Notes under the pieces: model-generated
The model's database searches: none
Seen by the model: only the letters and a program-made list of their open reading frames with translations
Told to the model about the DNA's origin: nothing
Translations under genes and position numbers: made by a program
Assembly: GCA_005191425.1 (NCBI GenBank)
Contig: SUPR01000119.1
Coordinates: 1-9,357 of the forward strand
Reading direction: 5' to 3'
Length of the DNA stretch: 9,357 nucleotides
From: Candidatus Helarchaeota ASGARD archaeon Hel_GB_B
Lineage (GTDB): Archaea; Asgardarchaeota; Lokiarchaeia; Helarchaeales; HEL-GB-B
In this document: positions 1-6,471 of the stretch, in pieces
Layout of the letters: each line of letters opens with the position of its first letter
Position numbering within the stretch: position 1 is the stretch's first letter

Positions 1-721
1 CTGCACTAAAAATATTATTATCATAAATATCAACATATCCTTCTGCATAGTCTCTTTTGGTATAGTTTTCCCTTAAATATATAAATGAAATCACAGGTGT
101 AAAATAATAATTTCGTTTAAAATTGTATTTAATTTTTGTGCCTGCCCACAATGTTGGATATTCTGAATGTTTGCCATTTTGATTATATCCCTTATCAATA
201 ATTCTATAATCTAAATCAAATGTAACAGGTGAATCCCATGTGCTTTCATCAGGATTATCCCCATTATTCGCAATAAATGAATGGATATATAATTTATATG
301 ACTTATATTCAAAGCCTAACCCACGAAATAAATCATAAACCCAAGGAAAACTCATTGCTACATAAGGAGAATAATTAACATATATACTACCTAATATTAA
401 TCTGGAAATAGGACTTAGCTGATATTCAAGTGCCATAGCATTTATATAAAGGAACCTATCTTCTTTTTTCCAATGAAATTGAACATATTCAGATTTAAAT
501 AATACCCACGCTGAAAAATTTTTAATAATATCTGACTTTAACTTAAAAGAAACCTCTTGAAAAACTTCGTAATTCTTATTTAATAAATTTGTATTATCAC
601 TCAACTTGCTTTTTAACTCACTATATACATTAATATCAGTTAATCTAATATCAGGCTTACTATATAGAAAATTTGTAATACATAAAAGCAAAGCAAATAA
701 TACATATAATAATTTCTTCAT
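1..721 (-). CDS. Partial (runs off left edge) exported protein, probable outer-membrane beta-barrel/porin of unknown family; 240 codons visible
   Basis: Hand translation from ATG at 721 is stop-free to the edge: MKKLLYVLFALLLCITNFLYS-KPDIRLTDINVYSELKSK...LILGSIYVNYSPYVAMSFPWVYDLFRGLGFEYKSYKLYIHSFIA...LWAGTKIKYNF...VISFIYLREN.... It has a Sec-type signal peptide, SD GAGGTG 6 nt upstream, and many alternating hydrophobic/polar strands ending in aromatics. Confidence in the CDS is high; the barrel call is inference. Confidence 0.85.
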   Translation of the reverse strand, partial: MKKLLYVLFALLLCITNFLYSKPDIRLTDINVYSELKSKLSDNTNLLNKNYEVFQEVSFKLKSDIIKNFSAWVLFKSEYVQFHWKKEDRFLYINAMALEYQLSPISRLILGSIYVNYSPYVAMSFPWVYDLFRGLGFEYKSYKLYIHSFIANNGDNPDESTWDSPVTFDLDYRIIDKGYNQNGKHSEYPTLWAGTKIKYNFKRNYYFTPVISFIYLRENYTKRDYAEGYVDIYDNNIFSA

Positions 722-727
722 AATAAA

Positions 728-733
728 CACCTC
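728..733 (-). promoter_or_regulatory. Shine-Dalgarno GAGGTG for the CDS starting at 721
   Basis: Minus strand reads GAGGTG-TTTATT-ATG (6-nt spacer). Confidence 0.85.
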
Positions 734-756
734 ATAAATTAATTTTTTAATATAAT

Positions 757-3700
757 CTACGGTTCCAAGCTAGCTGCAATGATATGTTTATGTGTATCAT
801 CTGGAAATTCAATTGCAACTAATTTTTTATTTTTGTTTAAATCAAAATTTATATGATAAAAGGCAACTGCTGGTTTTCCAGATTTACCAGAAGTTTCATA
901 ATGTTTTGAACAGATGTAAGCAATATGGTCACCAAATTGTGCATTGCAGGCTGTCCATTCACTTAATAATAATTCTTTCTTTTCCTCTGTGCCATCATCA
1001 TAGTAGATAATTAATTCATTATTTTGATTCCCCCAATAACTGTATCCCCATATATTCAACACTGAGTAATTGCCTTTCCTTACTTTAATATATTGCCCCT
1101 GGCACACCACTACATTATTAGCGCCATCTTTTTTGTTAGGAAAAAATAATTTTGCATTGCAGCCATTACAAACTACCCAAGTATTAGAATCAGGTAATTC
1201 TTCAGCAGGAAATGACCAGTAATATGCATCTTTTTTATTGTTACTATAGGATATTCTATCAAGATTATATGGCAAATTAATTTTTATCCCCGGACTATTA
1301 TTATAAATAAATTTAATATTCGTCTTAATTGTATGTTTCCCATCATCTTTTATTAATAACTTCAAATTATGAATAGAGCCATTTTTAAAATCTTTAAACC
1401 TTAATTTTGCAAAATAATAATTATTATTTTTAGTCAAATTATTATATTCATCAGCATCTATTTTATATTGACATCTCGTAATTTTACCATCATCAGTAAC
1501 ATAAACTTTTAAAATAAAATTCTTCATTACTACTTTATCCTTACATAAGTTAACTTTCACTACAGGAGGTTCATCATAATTATCAACTATCACATCAATT
1601 TTTTTATATAATACTTCTTGATTATTCAATTTTAATCGCACGATAAAATATGTTTTACCTTCCTTAAAATGAAATGTATTTAATCTGGTAAAATAAATTC
1701 CATTTTTAAAATTTAATTCTCTTTTAAAATTCAGGTTACCAATTGCAAGTTTTACAGATTTAATATCATTTTGTGGAGAAATCTTAAATTGTAACAATAT
1801 ACTTCCTCTGATTTTCTGATTATTTCTTAAATTTAAAGATTGTATTGAATAATTTTTAATTTTATTACCATATAATCTTTGAAGTTCAAAAAAAGCTGGC
1901 TTAATTATTTTCTTATCCATTGTAATAAGTCCCATTGTCTGATAACCAGTTATCATTGTAAACCAATCAAGTAATGACCACCATACCATTCCACTAACAA
2001 CCTTACTATCTTTAAATGCATTATATGTATCTTTCGCAATTTTAGCCTGTTTGCAAATATCACTCTGGTCTTCACCTGACCAGTAACCGAATTCTGTTGC
2101 AATGATTGGTTTATCTGGAAAGTATGAATTCATCTTATTTAAAGCATACAAAGTATGCTTATAAGGATTATCCCAATAAAAAACGCCATAATACATTGTA
2201 GCCCCAATTACATCCATATCACTTTGTGTATTGTCAGTCATATCAGCCCCAACAGCTGATTGAGCATAAATTCTATTATTATGAACTTTTTCACTAAGTT
2301 TTTTCATATACCATAGATATTCGCGTCGTTCAAGCTGCGCTCCACACTCATTGCATAAACCGTGAAACAATATTGAAGGTGAATTATAATTGGCATAAAT
2401 CATCTCCAATAACATCTGATGGGGAATTTTTCTATTTTTTAATTGATATATCAATTCCGGTCCATCAAACCACATAACTGGTATCTCTTCCCATACTATA
2501 ATACCCAGCCTATCTGTTAATAAATATGTAAAAGGATGATGCGGATAATGGGCTGTTCGCAAAAAATTGCAATTTAAATCCTTTACCAAATTTAAATTCT
2601 CCACAATCAATTTCAGCTTGCTTTCATCAATTGCCCTGCCATAAGGATAAAACTCTTCGTGATATGAAGTGCCTTTTAATAATAATGGTGTTTTATTGCT
2701 ATTTAAATAAATCTTTTGTGCTTTAATCTCAAATTTCCTTACCCCAAATTGATAATAATTATTTTCTATTATTCTATCATTTCTATCTTTTACTATCACT
2801 TCTAAAACATATAAGTGCGGGGTTGAAGGACTCCAATATTTTATAGTTCTAAATAAACTAAATTTGTTATTAAAATTAATGACTTTGAAAGAATTTTTAT
2901 CAACTCTAATACTTCTCTCTTTTCCTTTATAAATAACTCGTTTAAAATTTACAAGCTCCCTTGAATATAATGATAAATATAATGATAATAGATTTCTCTT
3001 TTTAATCCTTGCTTCATATATATTTATTTTTACTTTTACTCTTCTGTCTTTGTTATCAAAATTATTTAATATGACATAAACATTTAAATTACATTTACTA
3101 TCAAAAATTTTGTAATTAATATCAGCACGAGCAACAGAAATTTTTTCAGAAACTTCAATATATAGGTCTCTATTAATACCAGTATAATTCCACCAATCCA
3201 TTTTTTTATATGGAACAATATTATGTTCATTAGCATTAGGATATTCGTCCATTAGCCAAGGAATATTATCAAGCCTGATAAAAATCAAATTTTCTTTGCC
3301 ATATTTCAAATAATCAGAAATATTAAAAGCAAAAATTGAATATCCACCTTCATGAAATCCTATCCATTTTCCATTAATCCATACATCAACTATATAATTT
3401 GCTCCTAAAAAAAATAATTTTAAAACTTTATGCCTATATTTTTTTGGTATAAAAATTTTTATTCTGTATAATGCGCCATCCTGATATTTATCAGGATATC
3501 TATTAATAACAAAAGGTATTCTACCTGTATTCCAGTTTATATCATTATAATCTATTTTAAACATCCCCCTTAGTTCCTTCTCCATCTTCGCTATTGTATC
3601 TTTCGCTCTTTCCGTCAAAGATAATTTATGGTTTAAATTTATTCGGATATATTTGCATTTTCTTAAAAATATATAAGTCCTCCTGGTCTGTTTTTGGAAA

Positions 3701-3840
3701 TCAGGATATACAATATTATTTTGTAAAGGCACATAATATTTTTCATCAAATTTTATAATATCAAAATTATATCTACTAACATCCGCGTATAAGTGAAGAT
3801 TAGCCAAAAATAATAATATTAAATATAAACTTTTCATCAT
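757..3840 (-). CDS. Exported GH2 glycoside hydrolase (beta-galactosidase/beta-glucuronidase family): signal peptide, sugar-binding domain, Ig-like domain, TIM barrel, two C-terminal Ig-like domains and a CBM-like module
   Basis: GH2 motifs: VWINGKWIGFHEGGY, WWNYTGINRD, WSPSTPHLY, FGVR, KGTSYHEE, RTAHYP, DRLGIIVWEE, acid/base CNE (E498, 2347-2349), nucleophile KPIIATEFG (E583, 2092-2094). Signal peptide MMKSLYLILLFLANLHLYA|D. TAG stop at 757-759. Confidence 0.95.
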   Translation of the reverse strand: MMKSLYLILLFLANLHLYADVSRYNFDIIKFDEKYYVPLQNNIVYPDFQKQTRRTYIFLRKCKYIRINLNHKLSLTERAKDTIAKMEKELRGMFKIDYNDINWNTGRIPFVINRYPDKYQDGALYRIKIFIPKKYRHKVLKLFFLGANYIVDVWINGKWIGFHEGGYSIFAFNISDYLKYGKENLIFIRLDNIPWLMDEYPNANEHNIVPYKKMDWWNYTGINRDLYIEVSEKISVARADINYKIFDSKCNLNVYVILNNFDNKDRRVKVKINIYEARIKKRNLLSLYLSLYSRELVNFKRVIYKGKERSIRVDKNSFKVINFNNKFSLFRTIKYWSPSTPHLYVLEVIVKDRNDRIIENNYYQFGVRKFEIKAQKIYLNSNKTPLLLKGTSYHEEFYPYGRAIDESKLKLIVENLNLVKDLNCNFLRTAHYPHHPFTYLLTDRLGIIVWEEIPVMWFDGPELIYQLKNRKIPHQMLLEMIYANYNSPSILFHGLCNECGAQLERREYLWYMKKLSEKVHNNRIYAQSAVGADMTDNTQSDMDVIGATMYYGVFYWDNPYKHTLYALNKMNSYFPDKPIIATEFGYWSGEDQSDICKQAKIAKDTYNAFKDSKVVSGMVWWSLLDWFTMITGYQTMGLITMDKKIIKPAFFELQRLYGNKIKNYSIQSLNLRNNQKIRGSILLQFKISPQNDIKSVKLAIGNLNFKRELNFKNGIYFTRLNTFHFKEGKTYFIVRLKLNNQEVLYKKIDVIVDNYDEPPVVKVNLCKDKVVMKNFILKVYVTDDGKITRCQYKIDADEYNNLTKNNNYYFAKLRFKDFKNGSIHNLKLLIKDDGKHTIKTNIKFIYNNSPGIKINLPYNLDRISYSNNKKDAYYWSFPAEELPDSNTWVVCNGCNAKLFFPNKKDGANNVVVCQGQYIKVRKGNYSVLNIWGYSYWGNQNNELIIYYDDGTEEKKELLLSEWTACNAQFGDHIAYICSKHYETSGKSGKPAVAFYHINFDLNKNKKLVAIEFPDDTHKHIIAASLEP

Positions 3841-3999
3841 TTATTTTACTATTACTTTATCAGCAATAAAGATTGAACTGTTAAATATTCCTTTAATATA
3901 ATATCGTATCATCAGGATAAAGTTAAAGTCTATAAGTATTAATTAGATTAGTAAGAGTTACGTTTAAAATTAAAGATATGGCTCCCATTTTATTTTACT
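3840..3999. repeat. 11-bp direct repeat TTTATTTTACT (3840-3850 and 3989-3999) bracketing the porV-like/GH2 intergenic region
   Basis: Read directly from the sequence. One copy abuts the TAA of the PorV-family gene and the other abuts (overlaps by 1 nt) the GH2 ATG. The composition is AT-rich, so chance cannot be excluded. Confidence 0.55.
3898..3926 (-). promoter_or_regulatory. Possible internal sigma70-type promoter (TTAACT-N17-TATTAT) upstream of GH2
   Basis: -35-like TTAACT (3921-3926, 4/6) and -10-like TATTAT (3898-3903, 5/6) with a 17-nt spacer. Such matches are common in AT-rich DNA. Confidence 0.25.
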
Positions 4000-4920
4000 T
4001 TACAAAGATATTATTAAGCTTACTGTATGAATACAATCAAGATCTTTCACAGGCATTAATGTATAATAAAAACCATAGTTTGTCTTATTTAACCTATAAT
4101 TCAATCCTACTCCAGTAGAAATAGGATTAATAAAATTCCCAAATTTATAGGCACAGGATAAAAAAATAAAATTGAATAAATTTAATTTTAATCCAGAACT
4201 TAAATATTTCTGGGCTAAAATATTATAAGAATAATTTATAAAAATAGAAGTATCAAAATTATTGGAGTGAACTATCTTATATTTAAAACCCACATTAACA
4301 ATTAGAGGGATTTTTTCTTCTTGATTATAAGATTTTATAATAAAACCTACATTTTGAATACTTATCCCTGTTGTAAAATTTTCTTTGCTAACTTTTCCCA
4401 TTAATAGTGGAATACACATTTTATAGATTACTCCAATATTGAAAAGAATTAATGAAGAATGATAATTCCAAATTGTGGATTTTATGAATTTAAGATTTAT
4501 GCCATAGTTTAGATGTTTCTTGATGAATTTTATATTATGTGATATCAAAAAGTTTATAGAATAGCTATTGTAATTTACTCCACTATTGTTAAAAGTTATA
4601 CACTCTTTTAAATAAAAATATTTGACACCCAGGGCATAATTAAAGAATCTAGCTTTATCCCCATAAAACAAGCTCAACTTTCTTGTATTTCCTATATTTT
4701 CAGTATCTGAAAAGATAATATTTTTACTTTTATTTTCAGCAAAGCCAGCGGGATTACAATAAACAGATTCAATCCCTTCAACGATTGCACTTCCACATTG
4801 GGAAGCAATCTCATTAATGCCAGTTTCTGGAATATTTAAGAATTCATAAGTATTTGCAAATTTAGAATAAATAACACAAGGTATAAAAAATAAAAAAACA
4901 AATATTAATATCTTTCTCAT
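4000..4920 (-). CDS. PorV/PorQ-family (T9SS-associated) outer-membrane beta-barrel, about 306 aa
   Basis: N-terminal FLNIP...GSAIVEGIESVYCNPAGFA resembles the family FL.I...AR..aMG.a..a...d..a...NPAG signature. Signal peptide MRKILIFVFLFFIPCVIYS|K is followed by amphipathic strands (LNYGINLKFI, LFNIGVIY, GISIQNVG, NVGFKY, GVGLNY, HTVSLIISL). Start moved from 4935 to 4920 because the ORF-track leader MEVGN is encoded by the SD itself. Confidence 0.85.
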   Translation of the reverse strand: MRKILIFVFLFFIPCVIYSKFANTYEFLNIPETGINEIASQCGSAIVEGIESVYCNPAGFAENKSKNIIFSDTENIGNTRKLSLFYGDKARFFNYALGVKYFYLKECITFNNSGVNYNSYSINFLISHNIKFIKKHLNYGINLKFIKSTIWNYHSSLILFNIGVIYKMCIPLLMGKVSKENFTTGISIQNVGFIIKSYNQEEKIPLIVNVGFKYKIVHSNNFDTSIFINYSYNILAQKYLSSGLKLNLFNFIFLSCAYKFGNFINPISTGVGLNYRLNKTNYGFYYTLMPVKDLDCIHTVSLIISL

Positions 4921-4926
4921 ATTTCC

Positions 4927-4933
4927 CACCTCC
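4927..4933 (-). promoter_or_regulatory. Shine-Dalgarno GGAGGTG for the PorV-family gene
   Basis: Minus strand reads GGAGGTG-GGAAAT-ATG(4920), just after the upstream TAA at 4938-4940. Confidence 0.9.
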
Positions 4934-4937
4934 ATAA

Positions 4938-6440
4938 TTAATTAACCAACAAAATTTTTTTGATAAATACTTTATTTCCTATTTTAACTTTTATCAAATA
5001 AAGCCCTGAACCAACTTTATTGTTATCATCCGTATCTTTATACCATTTTAAGTTATTTTCAATTGGTGTAAGAACTTTTTCTATCTTTTTAAGCAGTTCA
5101 CCTGCTAATGAATATATAAAAACTTCAACCTTCTCTTCTTTACCAATGTCAAAATTGAAAGTTAAATATTCATCTCCGGGTTGAAGAAAATTTTTTGATA
5201 ATCTCACATTAATATCAGAAGCAGATGCAGAAACAGTAACATACAAAGTATAAGAAGAAACACCTTGCATACTAAAAGTTATATATCCCTGAATTAAATC
5301 AGTGTAGCTTAAATCTGCAGCATAAAATTTATTATCAATTACAGTGCCAACATCATTATATACTTTTATTGTATATTGTTTATTCAAGAACTCACCAGTA
5401 GAAGTAGAATTACATCCAAGAATAGTTAATGGCACAACTTCTCTTTCTTGTACAGAAATAGATTGGGGTTGGATAAAAAATCTGTTATAATCAGCAACTG
5501 TAACATAAGAATACTGAATATCAACAAAATCGTTTGTTTCACCAGGTGTGCCATTGATATTGTAGCTGTTTAAATCAGATTCCTGCTTTACTTGATCTGC
5601 ACCTATTAAATCATAAACATCAGGGTCAACACCATTAGTGCTCCACCAGGAATTATCACCATTTATACCATACCATTCCATTGGATTACCTGAATTATCT
5701 GGCTGAATTTCTCTAAAATAATTATTCTCTTCGTGCCCCAATCCTACTATGTAATGCCAAGTTGAATCTGAAGGGTTACTGCCTATTAATGATAAAGGGA
5801 TTTTGATTTCCCATTCATTCCAGCTGGGAGATTGAAAATCAATATTATTTAAGTTACCGTCATCCAATGTATCAACATCATCACCAATTTTAATTCCAGC
5901 AGCATTCCACATTCTGCATTTATATGTGGACGAGGCAAAGATTGTATAATCGCATTTTATCTTTGTGCTTCGTAGTTCTGCACAAGGACCTGTCTCAGGG
6001 TCAACTTTATCTCCCTGTATTAATACTTCTGAACCAGTATCTGGTGTGCCTATATCAATACCAATAATAAATGCTGAAGCCCACCAATCTGCTGTTGCAT
6101 TATTAGCACGTAAAAAAATATATAAATTAGTTGTATCCCAACATACCCTAAACTGATCAATATCCGCAGAATTAGCTCCAAATGTAGACGAATTTGTAGG
6201 ATATATATAATCACCATCACCTCTATCATCATTTGCTACATCCTGCCATATATACTGGTTATCTGTAACATATGCAATATTTGACGAGCTTAGAAAATGA
6301 AGTGTTGTATTATTTGTCCAGTCCGCAATACTATTATCATTTACATCAATAATTTTAAATCCAATATATCCAGCATTTAGCATTATAGTAGATAACATTA
6401 TAATTAAAAACTCAATAAAAAATAAATTACTCTTCTTCAT
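4938..6440 (-). CDS. Secreted protein: signal peptide, glucodextranase-C/DOMON-like putative carbohydrate-binding domain (about aa 24-317), Ig-like segment, and T9SS type-A sorting/FlgD-Ig-like CTD (about aa 410-500)
   Basis: Signal MKKSNLFFIEFLIIMLSTIMLNA|G. DVANDDRGDGDYIYPT...F...ADIDQFRV and PDVYDLIGADQVKQESDLNSY match the glucodextranase C-terminal DOMON-like pattern (D..GDD.G.G.Y.YPT; P.v.Dl.....Q...L..y). The C-terminus NFLQPG...VEVFIYSLAGELL...W..TDDNNKVGSGLYLIKV...KKILLVN matches CTD/FlgD-Ig tails. No GH catalytic motif seen. Confidence 0.85.
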   Translation of the reverse strand: MKKSNLFFIEFLIIMLSTIMLNAGYIGFKIIDVNDNSIADWTNNTTLHFLSSSNIAYVTDNQYIWQDVANDDRGDGDYIYPTNSSTFGANSADIDQFRVCWDTTNLYIFLRANNATADWWASAFIIGIDIGTPDTGSEVLIQGDKVDPETGPCAELRSTKIKCDYTIFASSTYKCRMWNAAGIKIGDDVDTLDDGNLNNIDFQSPSWNEWEIKIPLSLIGSNPSDSTWHYIVGLGHEENNYFREIQPDNSGNPMEWYGINGDNSWWSTNGVDPDVYDLIGADQVKQESDLNSYNINGTPGETNDFVDIQYSYVTVADYNRFFIQPQSISVQEREVVPLTILGCNSTSTGEFLNKQYTIKVYNDVGTVIDNKFYAADLSYTDLIQGYITFSMQGVSSYTLYVTVSASASDINVRLSKNFLQPGDEYLTFNFDIGKEEKVEVFIYSLAGELLKKIEKVLTPIENNLKWYKDTDDNNKVGSGLYLIKVKIGNKVFIKKILLVN

Positions 6441-6448
6441 AATAAAAA

Positions 6449-6454
6449 CTCCTT
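6449..6454 (-). promoter_or_regulatory. Shine-Dalgarno AAGGAG for the 500-aa secreted protein
   Basis: Minus strand reads AAGGAG-TTTTTATT-ATG (8-nt spacer). Confidence 0.85.
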
Positions 6455-6471
6455 AAAATATATTTTCATAA

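Noticed and set aside
677-721. Possible lipoprotein signal (LLLC) in the left-edge CDS
   Set aside because: Leu at -1 does not fit a lipobox; cleavage after LYS is more plausible.
792-1010. 72-aa plus-strand ORF
   Set aside because: Antisense shadow inside the GH2 C-terminal domain; no SD or recognisable motif.
3855-3871. CTTTAT/ATAAAG hairpin as an intrinsic terminator
   Set aside because: Weak 6-bp AU-rich stem with no U-tract on the transcribed strand.
3923-3988. 21-aa mini-ORF MGAISLILNVTLTNLINTYRL after the PorV-family stop
   Set aside because: No SD, no recognisable features, and a length expected by chance.
4921-4935. ORF-track start giving an MEVGN extension
   Set aside because: These bases contain the SD GGAGGTG for the ATG at 4920, which gives a canonical signal peptide.
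5965-6156. 63-aa plus-strand ORF
   Set aside because: Antisense to the well-supported DOMON-like domain; no independent evidence.
6050-6232. 60-aa minus-strand alternative-frame ORF with hydrophobic sequence
   Set aside because: Out-of-frame overlap inside the 500-aa CDS; hydrophobicity is expected from AT-rich alternate frames.
5490-6371. Locally higher GC as a sign of horizontal transfer
   Set aside because: Explained by Asp/Gly/Ser/Trp-rich amino-acid composition; no mobility signatures at the borders.
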